Shown: piece after piece, positions 1-9,758 of the stretch
Layout: each line of letters begins with the position of its first letter
How positions within the stretch are numbered: the stretch's first letter is position 1
NCBI GenBank assembly: GCA_038882975.1
Contig: JAVZNE010000001.1
Coordinates: 160,001-224,000, forward strand
DNA: 64,000 nucleotides
DNA from: Candidatus Bathyarchaeia archaeon
Lineage (GTDB): Archaea > Thermoproteota > Bathyarchaeia > Bathyarchaeales > Bathycorpusculaceae
Direction: 5' to 3'
The notes under the pieces: generated by a model
Told to the model about the DNA's origin: nothing
What the model saw: only the letters and a program-made list of their open reading frames with translations
Database searches by the model: none
Position numbers and translations under genes: made by a program

Positions 1-695
1 GCTGCAAGATACGGCAGGCGTATAAATTTCATAAATCTTGATTTTCTAACTTCGTAAACTTTTAGCGGAACCTCGCTTACAGTTAAGCACATTTTCCTTG
101 CTTTTGCCAATATCCACACGTTGCACAAGTGTGCTCTGGTTCTAACATCAGATATAAGCGCTTGAACCTTTTGTGTATTATATCCATGATACCCCTCCAC
201 ATCAGAATATCCCAACCTTAGAAACATTCTTGCAAGAAAATTATAATATTTATTAGCCAAGCGGTTCAAGAGAGGCCTTCCATCGACCCCGATATTTTTT
301 GAACAAATAACTATATCGGAATACTTCAGGGCGTGAAAGCAACGTTCCAAAACGCTTAAGTCCACGTAATCGATCCCAAAAACTATACTGTATTTCCCTT
401 TTGCAAGTTTCAATCCTTCAATAACAGCTGTGGAATAATCGGCTTGGTCAAGCTTGACCAATCTAATGAAACTAAATCGGCTTTGAAGGCGCCTAATAAT
501 TTGAAAAGTTCTATCAGTACTTCCATTTTCAACAAATAAAACTTCAAATCTTTCAGTTAAGTTTTGTACATAATCCATCAGTTTCAGGGCTTGTCTCTCC
601 AATATTTCTTCCTCGTTATGGACTGGAATGACTATGGATAATACGCATGGTTGTTTGTCAGCGACACGTTCAATGCTTGAGGCATTTTCAGTCAA
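1..695 (-). CDS. Glycosyltransferase family 2 (runs off the window at position 1)
   Basis: Manual translation from TTG at 695 gives SIVIPVHNEE..LFVENGSTDRT, the GT2 N-terminal motif. Not in the ORF track. Confidence 0.8.
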   Translation of the reverse strand, partial: MTENASSIERVADKQPCVLSIVIPVHNEEEILERQALKLMDYVQNLTERFEVLFVENGSTDRTFQIIRRLQSRFSFIRLVKLDQADYSTAVIEGLKLAKGKYSIVFGIDYVDLSVLERCFHALKYSDIVICSKNIGVDGRPLLNRLANKYYNFLARMFLRLGYSDVEGYHGYNTQKVQALISDVRTRAHLCNVWILAKARKMCLTVSEVPLKVYEVRKSRFMKFIRLPYLA

Positions 696-737
696 CTATT
701 CAAGTTCTCCCTATCAGAATAGTTTCACCAGCTTAAA

Positions 738-1490
738 TTAAGAACCACGAGTAAGCTTAAATGGTTTTATCCTAATAGATCTTAAGGACATGTCCACGGT
801 TAATGGAGGGCCATTATACTCCTTTAATGTCATAGGCTGAACTTCTGGAGTTGTAATTTTTGCAAGTTCAAACATAGAAAGTTTCTCTTCTCCGCAAACA
901 TGTAATATTCCAGTAAGACCTTCTTCAACAATATTTTTAATGGCTCGGGCCAAGTCATCAGCAAATAAATAGGTTCCAAATCTATCAACAAAAGCCTTTG
1001 GATATGGCCATTTTTCCCTCGCAACAAAATTTGTCCTTATTATTAACCACTTTTTAAGGTTTGAGTATTTAACAACAAATTCACCTAAAAGCTTAGTTAA
1101 AGAGTAAAAATTTTTGGGGTAGGGTATGTCCGTCTCAACATAGTCGCCTTTATCTCCATAAAATACACACGCCGTAGAGATATAGACAAAGTAACACTCT
1201 CGAACAAAACTTTCACAAGCCCTTACCAGATTTTCTGTACCTTCGACATTAATGCGCCAAGCAAGCAACTTATTTTCTTCACATTCCCTAATACCTGTCA
1301 AAGCTGCACAATGTATGAGCACCTCTGGCTTGTAATTTTTAATAAAATCAAAAACAGCCTCTTTATTGATAATATCAAGCTCTTCATGCCTGGGGGCAAA
1401 GGAATCTGGAAAGACCTTTAAAAGCTCTTTACCAAGCCTTCCTGTAGATCCTGTTATCATGACCCTAGGCGCCATATTTGCCTTAGCCAC
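738..1490 (-). CDS. dTDP-4-dehydrorhamnose reductase-like SDR
   Basis: ITGSTGRLG Rossmann motif, HCAA, YSLTK catalytic YxxxK; RmlD-like. Confidence 0.8.
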   Translation of the reverse strand: MAKANMAPRVMITGSTGRLGKELLKVFPDSFAPRHEELDIINKEAVFDFIKNYKPEVLIHCAALTGIRECEENKLLAWRINVEGTENLVRACESFVRECYFVYISTACVFYGDKGDYVETDIPYPKNFYSLTKLLGEFVVKYSNLKKWLIIRTNFVAREKWPYPKAFVDRFGTYLFADDLARAIKNIVEEGLTGILHVCGEEKLSMFELAKITTPEVQPMTLKEYNGPPLTVDMSLRSIRIKPFKLTRGS

Positions 1491-2410
1491 CTCTCATTAT
1501 CAAAGATCGGATCCCTATAATCCTTAATTATGCCACTAGCATATGCTGCTTTTATCTCGTCAACTGCAAATTCCACCCGTTTAAAGTTTATATTGCCAAA
1601 AACTTCCTTGACGTAAGTAGAATCAACAGCATAATTTCTAGGGTCATTTTGTTCTTCAACTGTCACGATTTCACAATTTAGCTTTTTCTTCAAGCGTTCT
1701 GCTACTTCTATTATCTTATAATTATTTCCACCGATGTTATAGATGCCATTTATGTCCACGTTCAAAGCTTTAATAAAGTATTCTGTCACATCTTGCAAAT
1801 GCACGAAGGGTCTATACTGTTCTCCTCCGAAAACTGTTATTGTCTTTCCTTGAATAGCCTGCCCAATAAATTTATTGATAACTAAATCAAATCTCATGCG
1901 AGGAGAAAAGCCGAACAACGTTCCAAGTCTAAATATAACATACTTTTTACAAAGCCTTTCAATAGCTTTCTCTGAAAGTAGTTTTGAAAAAGCATACAAT
2001 GACAAAGGCGCCACCTTTGACTTCTCCGTGATCAATTGACCAGGTTGCGCGCCATAAACTGAGCAGGTAGAAGAAAAAATAAGTTTTACATTTCTTTTGC
2101 CACATAATTCAGCTAATTTTTTAGTTGCTAAATAGTTTACATCAATTGATAATTCCATATCCAAACTTGAAGCAGTATCTCCGATAATACCAGCTAAATG
2201 AACAACCGCCTCAACATCTTTTAAGGCACTTTGTAAAACTTTTTCATCTCTTATATCCCCTTTTATAAGCTCAAAAGAGTCACTTACATCTGTTATAAAA
2301 TTGCCATATAATATGGAATCAAGGACCCTTACTTCAAAACCTAATTTAATAAGTTTTTCAATTAGAATAGATCCTAAATAACCTAAACCCCCTGTGACAA
2401 GCACTTTCAT
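1457..2410 (-). CDS. NAD-dependent nucleotide-sugar epimerase/dehydratase
   Basis: VTGGLGYLG, SSTCSVYG, YAFSK motifs. Confidence 0.85.
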   Translation of the reverse strand: MKVLVTGGLGYLGSILIEKLIKLGFEVRVLDSILYGNFITDVSDSFELIKGDIRDEKVLQSALKDVEAVVHLAGIIGDTASSLDMELSIDVNYLATKKLAELCGKRNVKLIFSSTCSVYGAQPGQLITEKSKVAPLSLYAFSKLLSEKAIERLCKKYVIFRLGTLFGFSPRMRFDLVINKFIGQAIQGKTITVFGGEQYRPFVHLQDVTEYFIKALNVDINGIYNIGGNNYKIIEVAERLKKKLNCEIVTVEEQNDPRNYAVDSTYVKEVFGNINFKRVEFAVDEIKAAYASGIIKDYRDPIFDNERWLRQIWRLGS

Positions 2411-2835
2411 CGAGGTTTAACCTCCCACAAGTCTCTTCCAAAGGTGAAAGGGTCAATTCTAACATCATCATTAATGGACTGCTCCAAACTTTTATTGGAC
2501 ATGCCTATTAAAATCGTGTCTTCTTCTAGAGACACCCAACCATGAAAATATCCAGGTGGTATTATTAATAAACATGGTCTCTTCGGGCTTAGTATATATG
2601 TTGAAATGCTCCCGTTTTCATCTATTACAACAAATTTGGCGGAGCCACTAATTACAAAATAACATTTCCACTCTTCATTATGCTTGTGGAACCCCCGTAT
2701 TGTTCCCTTGCTAAAATTTCCAACAACATAAACTCTTTTAAGCTCTGGGAACTCCCCTTCATAATTACCATATATTTGGTAGAGAAAACCTCTGTCATCT
2801 AAGTGGCATTCTACCTCGAGTTGTTTAGGCTTCAT
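2407..2835 (-). CDS. RmlC-like cupin (dTDP-sugar epimerase/isomerase)
   Basis: DDRG, IRGFHKH, IPPGYFHGW motifs; located in a sugar cluster. Confidence 0.8.
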   Translation of the reverse strand: MKPKQLEVECHLDDRGFLYQIYGNYEGEFPELKRVYVVGNFSKGTIRGFHKHNEEWKCYFVISGSAKFVVIDENGSISTYILSPKRPCLLIIPPGYFHGWVSLEEDTILIGMSNKSLEQSINDDVRIDPFTFGRDLWEVKPR

Positions 2836-2951
2836 ATGCTTAACCTTACAAATTAAGTCTCTTTATTTAATAGATGCACGTATAAACTTTACCCATTTCT
2901 AATCTTTGTTTCACTAAGTTCTAACTCGAAGTTTTAATTTGAACTTGAATG

Positions 2952-3953
2952 TTAACGTTTTATTTTGTTCCATAATACCATACTTCCAATAATTATCACA
3001 GGGTAGAAAATTATCCAAGTTATTGACATAATGGGGCCATAGAAATTGTGAAAAATCATCCAATTACCACGGTTCGCCGCTATCAGATAAATAAGGACGA
3101 CTCTTAGTATATTAATCAAATATGTTATCACTGCACCCACAACAAAGTAAATTATTTTTTGCCAGCGTAAGATGGCACTCTTCTTCAAAAAGAGCGTAAT
3201 TGTTAGGGTGTATATTATAAGACTTTCCACACCCGCGCAGGGCCAGGCAATGCCAAAACTAGCAAGAACCTTTGAGGGGCATGCTGGATCTAAGACGATT
3301 AATATTGGATAATAGCCATAACTGGCATTATAAATGGTGATTAGACGTGTAGGATACCCAAGCGTATTCAAAACGCCTTGAGCAAAATTTGCTGTTGGGA
3401 AGACTAGAGACTGAAATGGAGTAAAGCGACCAACAGGGTATAGCTGATCGGTTATGTATATCAGACCAGTGATTCCAAGAAAAATTATAGAGATGGAAAA
3501 TTCTTCCAGACGGGTTATTCCATAGGTGGATATTACTATAAGACATAGAAATATGGAAAAAACCAGATATTCCATTGAAAGAGGTAATAGACGAGCATGA
3601 AAAACTCCATTTCTCTCAGCCAGTGCCCTAATCGCCTCATTTAACCCGAAAAAGTTGGCGATTATAACATACACTGTGGGGAGCGAGATAAAAGTTACAA
3701 GAATAAACATTCTTTTCTTGTTAACTTGTGATAAAGAAAGTCTTTCATACCCGATAATAGTCTCTAAAAAGCAAATCCATAGGAAGAAAAAGTAGAAGAA
3801 TCTTCCCTGCCAATATCCCTCCCACGTGCCATAAAATGAATTAGAATAAAGAGAATGTAACACTAAAATAGGCGGTAAGAATGAAACGACGGGTAGAAAT
3901 TTTACGAAAATTTGGAAAACTTTGTGCAATGATAAGTTGAGCTTAACCTTCAT
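2952..3953 (-). CDS. Exosortase/archaeosortase family membrane transpeptidase
   Basis: Multi-pass membrane protein with the Cys (WPCAG), Arg (NILR) and His (FHNF) triad. Confidence 0.8.
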   Translation of the reverse strand: MKVKLNLSLHKVFQIFVKFLPVVSFLPPILVLHSLYSNSFYGTWEGYWQGRFFYFFFLWICFLETIIGYERLSLSQVNKKRMFILVTFISLPTVYVIIANFFGLNEAIRALAERNGVFHARLLPLSMEYLVFSIFLCLIVISTYGITRLEEFSISIIFLGITGLIYITDQLYPVGRFTPFQSLVFPTANFAQGVLNTLGYPTRLITIYNASYGYYPILIVLDPACPSKVLASFGIAWPCAGVESLIIYTLTITLFLKKSAILRWQKIIYFVVGAVITYLINILRVVLIYLIAANRGNWMIFHNFYGPIMSITWIIFYPVIIIGSMVLWNKIKR

Positions 3954-4053
3954 TGGCTTGGCTCCTAAAAAGATTAAAAGTGTAAATCTTTAAAAGCTTA
4001 TGCCAAAAAGCAATAAGACTGAAAGTAAAGCAATATTTATTAGAGGTGTTAAA

Positions 4054-4269
4054 ATGGAGATAAGGGAATATGGGAGAGTTTTTTGGATTTTAGGCTTTGT
4101 TATTTTCATTGCTGGTTTCCTCACCGGGATGTTAGCGATTGCCTTAATTCCGACAAAACCAGATGTTTTAACCTTGCAATTTGTAATTTTTGGATTCGGC
4201 TTTATTACTGGAATGACTGCAGTATCGCTGATCTATGTCGTGGTAAAGACGGTGAAAATACAAGATTAA
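4054..4269 (+). CDS. Small two-TM membrane protein
   Basis: Two hydrophobic helices; GAGGTG upstream of ATG 4054. Confidence 0.55.
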   Translation: MEIREYGRVFWILGFVIFIAGFLTGMLAIALIPTKPDVLTLQFVIFGFGFITGMTAVSLIYVVVKTVKIQD

Positions 4270-4309
4270 AACCCGAGAAGGTTTAAGAACAAGTGTGAGG
4301 TTTCATTAA

Positions 4310-5527
4310 ATGGATCTGAAATTGGCAAATTTTGTAAAGAAATTGTTTTATTCTTATTATGTGGCTGATTTCTCTGCACACAAAATGCCTTCAGAAATCA
4401 AGAAACGTGAGTTCGGTTTTGTTTCATTTGATGGTTCTATGATGCGTCACATGAGCTTTAATGCAACGGAAGAGTTAACGACCTTTATTAAGAATTTTGT
4501 CCCAAAAGACGCATATTTCTCGTGCGCTTACTACGAGAATCCGACAGAAGAGATGGACCGAAAAGATTGGTTGGGCGCCGACTTAATCTTTGACATTGAT
4601 GCTGATCATATTCCAACAACATGCGAAAAGATTCATGATAAGTGGACCTGCAAAAATTGTGGTTTTTCTGGAAAAGGAGTGACTCCTGAAAAATGCCCTT
4701 TGTGCGCTGGTGAAAAAATAGACGCGGAAACATGGCCGTGCGAAGTTTGCTTAAACTCTGCAAAGTCTGAAACAATAAAACTTCTTGATATGTTGCAGTC
4801 TGATTTCGGTTTCTCCAGAAATGAGATGCAAGTATTTTTCTCGGGACATCGCGGTTACCACGTTCACGTAGAATGTGAAGTTGTAAAATCCTTGGATTCC
4901 ACGGCAAGGAAAGAAATTGCTGATTACGTTTCAAGCATAGGTATAGAGGCGTCATTTCACCTTGTTGGAAAAAGCTCGAAGGGAAAAATCACCTATGGAA
5001 ACGGCCTACTTTTCAATTGTGGCTGGCCCAAAAGGTTGGCGGAGGGAATACAAACTTTCTTATCAGGTGCAAAAGAGGAAGATTTAAGGGAACTTGGTTT
5101 TAGGAAAAAAATCATTACTGCATTAATGGAGAAAAGTGATAAAATTTTAAAAAGCGATTTAAAAGGCGTTGGTCCAAAAACATGGGAAAAACTTGTTAAA
5201 CATGTTATAGCATCTCAGTCTGTAAAGATAGACACGGTGGTAACAACGGATATTCATAGGTTGATTAGGATACCGGAGACCTTAAACAGTAGAACGGGTT
5301 TCAAAAAAGCGGAAGTTCCGATATCCACAATCGATAAATTTGAACCGTTTAGAGACGCAATCGCTTTTAGAAAGGGTAGCGTAAAGGTTAGGGTGTCTGA
5401 CGCACCAGAGTTTAGAATAAACGATGAAACTTTTGGGCCTTATAGGGATAGGAAAATTGAATTACCTGTTGCAGCAGCTTTGCTCTTAGTTTGCCGTGGC
5501 AGGGCAGAGGTTTTGAATGGTGTATGA
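4310..5527 (+). CDS. priS: DNA primase small subunit with Zn-ribbon insertion
   Basis: REFGF, LIFDIDAD, FSGHRGYHV, IDTVVT..RLIR motifs. Confidence 0.95.
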   Translation: MDLKLANFVKKLFYSYYVADFSAHKMPSEIKKREFGFVSFDGSMMRHMSFNATEELTTFIKNFVPKDAYFSCAYYENPTEEMDRKDWLGADLIFDIDADHIPTTCEKIHDKWTCKNCGFSGKGVTPEKCPLCAGEKIDAETWPCEVCLNSAKSETIKLLDMLQSDFGFSRNEMQVFFSGHRGYHVHVECEVVKSLDSTARKEIADYVSSIGIEASFHLVGKSSKGKITYGNGLLFNCGWPKRLAEGIQTFLSGAKEEDLRELGFRKKIITALMEKSDKILKSDLKGVGPKTWEKLVKHVIASQSVKIDTVVTTDIHRLIRIPETLNSRTGFKKAEVPISTIDKFEPFRDAIAFRKGSVKVRVSDAPEFRINDETFGPYRDRKIELPVAAALLLVCRGRAEVLNGV

Positions 5528-6068
5528 AGAACTTTTAAAATTTTGGAAAAAAGAAAATGACAGCGGTGAACTGGAGAGTCTTCCTTCTGATTTTTACTTT
5601 CAAATTGCAGAATATATGAAGAGGTTAAAGGAAGAGGAACGAATGATTGACAGAAAAACGCTCAAAGCAAACCTTTTGAAAATTGAAATGAAAAACGTCG
5701 AACATATGGTACGTCAACTTGCGAAAAAAAGGTATAAAAAGATTGTTCAGCTCTTAACAAAGGACCAAAAAATTCCATTTGACTTGCTGACAACTCACGA
5801 GAGAAATATGTTCGCCGAGAAAAATTTATCGTTTGCTGACGCTTTCAAAAATTTTCTTAACAATCTAATGAGGGGCTCCCTGACCGAAAATGTTGTTGAG
5901 ACTCCCAGAAAAATGGTTGTGGTACGCTTTCTTAAAGAGGTCCCAGCAATTGTTGGCACGGACATGAAAATTTATGGCCCTTTTAAGTGTGAGGATATAG
6001 CATCATTACCTTTTGAAAATGTTAAGATTTTAATCAAACAAAAGCTTGCTGAAAAAATAGACTTTTAG
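5517..6068 (+). CDS. GINS subunit (Gins51/Gins15 type)
   Basis: N-terminal helical A domain (LPSDFY) then C-terminal B domain (VPAIVG.D.KIYGPF); directly after priS. Confidence 0.8.
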   Translation: MVYEELLKFWKKENDSGELESLPSDFYFQIAEYMKRLKEEERMIDRKTLKANLLKIEMKNVEHMVRQLAKKRYKKIVQLLTKDQKIPFDLLTTHERNMFAEKNLSFADAFKNFLNNLMRGSLTENVVETPRKMVVVRFLKEVPAIVGTDMKIYGPFKCEDIASLPFENVKILIKQKLAEKIDF

Positions 6069-6127
6069 AATCTTGTGAAAAAGTTTAAGAGTAAGCTGTT
6101 TTCTTTTATGCGAATCGATGTGATCGA

Positions 6128-6403
6128 ATGAATGTTCCTAAAGAAATTAGAACATATTGCCCTCGATGTAAGGCGCATCAAATCCACACGGTTTCGCTTT
6201 ATAAGGCTGGTAAGCGTAGGGCCTTAGCCAAGGGTGAGCGCCACCATGAGCGCGAAAAGAAGGGTTATGGTGGGCAGAAGTATCCTTTACAGAGGAAGTT
6301 TGCTAAAACTACTAAGAAGCAGACTTTGAAGTTGAAGTGTAAGGTTTGTGGTTATACGAGGCATAAAGAGGGGGTAAGGTTAAGGAAGCTGGTTATAGCC
6401 TAA
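6128..6403 (+). CDS. rpl44e: 50S ribosomal protein L44e (eL42)
   Basis: TYCPRC..H, GYGGQ, KTTKK, CKVC. Confidence 0.97.
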   Translation: MNVPKEIRTYCPRCKAHQIHTVSLYKAGKRRALAKGERHHEREKKGYGGQKYPLQRKFAKTTKKQTLKLKCKVCGYTRHKEGVRLRKLVIA

Positions 6404-6427
6404 AATGATAAGTTGAGGGTAAAGGTT

Positions 6428-6625
6428 ATGGCTGAGTGGGAGAAGCTTATTCCAAGGCCTAAGAGCACTTTTGTTAGGGTTAAATGTTTAAAATGTGGTA
6501 ATGAGCAGATAATTTTCAGCCATGCCGTGAATAAGGTTACGTGTAATGTTTGCGGTGCTGAGTTGGCTGAGCCTTCTGGTGGCAAGGCAGCCATTAAGGG
6601 TGAAGTAGTGGCTGTTTTTGAGTGA
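6428..6625 (+). CDS. rps27e: 30S ribosomal protein S27e
   Basis: [26 protein letters not shown]; start trimmed to ATG 6428. Confidence 0.95.
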   Translation: MAEWEKLIPRPKSTFVRVKCLKCGNEQIIFSHAVNKVTCNVCGAELAEPSGGKAAIKGEVVAVFE

Positions 6626-6637
6626 GATGGTGTCGGA

Positions 6638-7426
6638 ATGGCTTTGAGGAGGCAGGAGTGGCCTGAAGTTGGCGACTTGGTTATAGCTACTGTTGAAACC
6701 GTCACTGATTATGGGGCTTATGTTAGGCTAGACGAGTTTGATAAGAAGGGTCTTCTGCACATTTCAGAGGTTGCCTCTTCGTGGATTAGGAATATAAGGG
6801 ATTTTGTTCGGGAAGGACAGAAGGTTGTTTTGAAGGTTTTGCGGGTTGACGCGGAAAAAGGTCACATAGACCTATCCCTCAGAAGGGTCACGAAAAGAGA
6901 GAAAATTGAGAAGATGCTTTCATGGAAAAAGGAGCGGAAGGCTGAGGCTCTTCTGAGAAGTGTTGCCGAGAAAGCCGGCTTGCCCGTAGAGGAAGCCTAC
7001 GAGAAAGCTGGAGCGCTTATCGAGAAGGAGTATGGCTTGTACGAGGGCTTTGAAAAAGCCGCAAAAGAAGGTGTGGAAGTTTTAACGAAAATAGGTGTTC
7101 CAAAGGAATTGGCTGAAGTTTTTGTTGAAGTTGCAAAGGAAAGAATTCGCTTGCCCACTGTTAAGATTAAAGGGATTGTCGAGCTCCGCTGCTTAAAGCC
7201 CAACGGAGTGGAAATAATCAAGGAAGCTTTTTTGAACGCAAAGAAAACCGAGAAAACCCGAGGCGTGAACATTCGTTTTTATGTTGTGGCGGCGCCAAAA
7301 TATTGCATTGAGGTTTTAGCTGACAATTATAAGTATGCGGAGGCTGTTCTGCAAAGGGTTGCAGAAAACATCGTCTCAAACGTTATTAAGGCTGGCGGGC
7401 AAGGAGTTTATAGAAGGGAGAAATAG
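6638..7426 (+). CDS. eif2a: Translation initiation factor aIF-2 alpha
   Basis: S1 domain (PEVGDLV..LHISE..IDLSLRRV); conserved operon position. Confidence 0.95.
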   Translation: MALRRQEWPEVGDLVIATVETVTDYGAYVRLDEFDKKGLLHISEVASSWIRNIRDFVREGQKVVLKVLRVDAEKGHIDLSLRRVTKREKIEKMLSWKKERKAEALLRSVAEKAGLPVEEAYEKAGALIEKEYGLYEGFEKAAKEGVEVLTKIGVPKELAEVFVEVAKERIRLPTVKIKGIVELRCLKPNGVEIIKEAFLNAKKTEKTRGVNIRFYVVAAPKYCIEVLADNYKYAEAVLQRVAENIVSNVIKAGGQGVYRREK

Positions 7427-7427
7427 G

Positions 7428-7595
7428 GTGGCTTGGCTGCTAAGGAAATGTGAAAAATGCGGAAAGTATACTTTAAAAAGAGACCAGTGCCCCTACTGTG
7501 GTGGACCAGTGCGAGTCCCCCATCCACCTAAGTTTTCGCCGGATGATAAATACCTCAAATATAGAATGGCTTTGAAGAGGGAGGCTGACAGCTAA
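7428..7595 (+). CDS. nop10: H/ACA RNP protein Nop10
   Basis: C..C.KYTLK..CP.CG..PHPPKFSPDDKY; GTG start at 7428. Confidence 0.93.
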   Translation: MAWLLRKCEKCGKYTLKRDQCPYCGGPVRVPHPPKFSPDDKYLKYRMALKREADS

Positions 7596-7596
7596 A

Positions 7597-8367
7597 ATGA
7601 GAGAGACTATGATTAAGGAGTTAACAAAAGCCGAACTTAAAGACCCAATATTAATTGAGGGTCTTCCGGGACTGGGGCTTGTTGGAAAAATTGCTACTCG
7701 CTACCTCATTAAACAGTTGAAGGCGCAAAAACTTGCATATCTTTATTCGCCACATTTTCCCTACTTCGTGCTTGTGAGTAAAAAAGGAAGTGTTAGACTT
7801 CTTCGGGGAACTTTTTATTTTTGGAAAAACGATAACGGGAAAAATGACTTAGTTCTTTTCACCGGGGACAGCCAGGCCCAAACTATTGAGGGGCAATATG
7901 AAATTTCAAACAGCATACTCGACTTCGCCCAGAAACATGGCGTTAAGCTTGTCATAACAATAGGCGGCTATAGGGTAGAAACGGACAAACCAAAGGTTGT
8001 AGCAGCCGCTACAAGCCAAACCCTTCTTAATAGGGCTTTGCAGGCAAACGCCGTGATAAGTCCTATGGGAAGCCCAATAGTCGGTACGGCTGGACTAATT
8101 CTCGGCTTGGCGCCCTTCAGAAGGATTGAAGCCTTATGCCTCCTAGGCGAAACACGAGGATATCTACCAGATCCAAAGGCAGCTAAAAGTGTTTTAGAAG
8201 TTTTGCTGAAAATTTTGGGGATCAACGTTGACTTGGCTGGTTTAGACGCTGAAATTACCAAAGCTGAGAGCATGGTGGCAAGGCTGCGGAAGATCGAGGA
8301 GAAAAGGATGTTACAAGCTGAGGAAATGCGAAGAGAGGAAGACAAAAAGATTACATACATTTCCTAG
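7597..8367 (+). CDS. PAC2-family proteasome assembly chaperone
   Basis: LIEGLPGLGLVG, CLLGET, DPKAA, C-terminal YIS tail. Confidence 0.88.
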   Translation: MRETMIKELTKAELKDPILIEGLPGLGLVGKIATRYLIKQLKAQKLAYLYSPHFPYFVLVSKKGSVRLLRGTFYFWKNDNGKNDLVLFTGDSQAQTIEGQYEISNSILDFAQKHGVKLVITIGGYRVETDKPKVVAAATSQTLLNRALQANAVISPMGSPIVGTAGLILGLAPFRRIEALCLLGETRGYLPDPKAAKSVLEVLLKILGINVDLAGLDAEITKAESMVARLRKIEEKRMLQAEEMRREEDKKITYIS

Positions 8368-8371
8368 CTTT

Positions 8372-9460
8372 TTAGAAGAGTTCCTTCTCGATTATTTTGA
8401 CAATTTGTTCGGCGGCGTCGCCTCTTCCAAAAGGTGATTCTCTAGGCAGTTCCTTTCGATTTTCTAAAGCATCTTCTATGGCTTTCAATATGTTTTGCTT
8501 TTTTATACCTACAACTTTCGCGAATCCAGCTTCAACAGCCTCCGGCCTCTCGGTTGATATACGTAAAACCAAAACTGGTTTTCTTATCGGCGGAGCTGTA
8601 GCTTCTTCTTGTATTCCACCAGAATCAGTAAGGATAATCTCACATTTTTTCATTAATACTAAAAAGTCGAAATAGCCAACTGGTGGAAGAATTTGGAGGT
8701 TATTGGACTTTCTTATTCGAACATAAAGCTTATTCTGTTTCAGCCTCTTTTTTGTTCGCGGATGAACTGGATAAACAACCGGGATGGGAGCCTCCATAAA
8801 AGCTTCTATAAAATTCTTGAGAACCACTGGGTCATCAACGTTTTCCGCTCTATGCGCTGTCGCTAACGCAAATTTTTCGTAACGCACCTCGCTTAATATC
8901 TTTGATTTCTTTTCTGCTATTGGCATATGCTGGATTACAGCGTCTATAACCGTATTACCTGTGACGTATATCCTCCCCCAGACAGATTCTCTTTTGAGGT
9001 TATTTTCAGCGGTTTCCGTGGGAGCAAATAAATAGGCGGATATGTGGTCTGTTAATCTTCTGTTGTGTTCCTCCGGCATACGCAAGTCAAAGCTCCTCAA
9101 CCCGGCTTCCACGTGTCCAACAGGTATCCCAAGTTTGTTCGCGGCTAAAGCCGTTGCGAGAACCCCATTTGTGTCACCCTCAACTAGGACTAATTTTGGT
9201 TTTGCCTTTCTAAGCATGTACTCCATATTAGCAATTATACGTGCGATCTGTTTCGCTTGAGAGTATGCCTTAACTTTGTAGGTATAGGATGGTTTGGGAA
9301 GCCCCAACTCTTCAATGAACTTTTGAGACATCTCATAATCATAATGTTGGCCACAATGAACTAAAGTAAACTGAATTTGATTCTTTCCCAATGCTCTGAC
9401 CAAAGGCGCCATTTTTATAATTTCAGGTCTCGTACCAACAACAACCATTAAATTGCTCAT
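8372..9460 (-). CDS. wecB: UDP-N-acetylglucosamine 2-epimerase (non-hydrolysing)
   Basis: GTRPEIIK, GQHYD, HVEAGLRS, PEE.NR, TDSGGIQEEA. Confidence 0.95.
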   Translation of the reverse strand: MSNLMVVVGTRPEIIKMAPLVRALGKNQIQFTLVHCGQHYDYEMSQKFIEELGLPKPSYTYKVKAYSQAKQIARIIANMEYMLRKAKPKLVLVEGDTNGVLATALAANKLGIPVGHVEAGLRSFDLRMPEEHNRRLTDHISAYLFAPTETAENNLKRESVWGRIYVTGNTVIDAVIQHMPIAEKKSKILSEVRYEKFALATAHRAENVDDPVVLKNFIEAFMEAPIPVVYPVHPRTKKRLKQNKLYVRIRKSNNLQILPPVGYFDFLVLMKKCEIILTDSGGIQEEATAPPIRKPVLVLRISTERPEAVEAGFAKVVGIKKQNILKAIEDALENRKELPRESPFGRGDAAEQIVKIIEKELF

Positions 9461-9582
9461 GGCTTTTCCATCTTTAGCATAGTTGACTTATTTTGCTTTA
9501 AACCTTTTAGAAGCTTTTAATTAAAATTCTAGTCTGTTAAGCCGCAGTTTCTTTGATAATGTTCCGTTTGTGGAGCTTACAT

Positions 9583-9618
9583 TTATTAGCGCTTCTAATT
9601 GATGATGAGCGCTAATAA
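9583..9618. repeat. Perfect 11-bp inverted repeat TTATTAGCGCT-N14-AGCGCTAATAA
   Basis: Seen directly in the divergent wecB/pilin intergenic region. Confidence 0.7.
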
Positions 9619-9758
9619 GACTTAATATCAATACGTTCGCGGAGTCAAAAATTTTGATTTGAATCTCTGAATTGCGTTGGTTTCTGCTACGTACAAATCG
9701 TATTACTTTTCTTTTCCATTTTAAATGCCTTAGCAAAACTAGTCTTGGAGATGAATGT

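Noticed and set aside
9672-9758. Longer N-terminus for the pilin
   Set aside because: The class III signal peptide fits ATG 9759.
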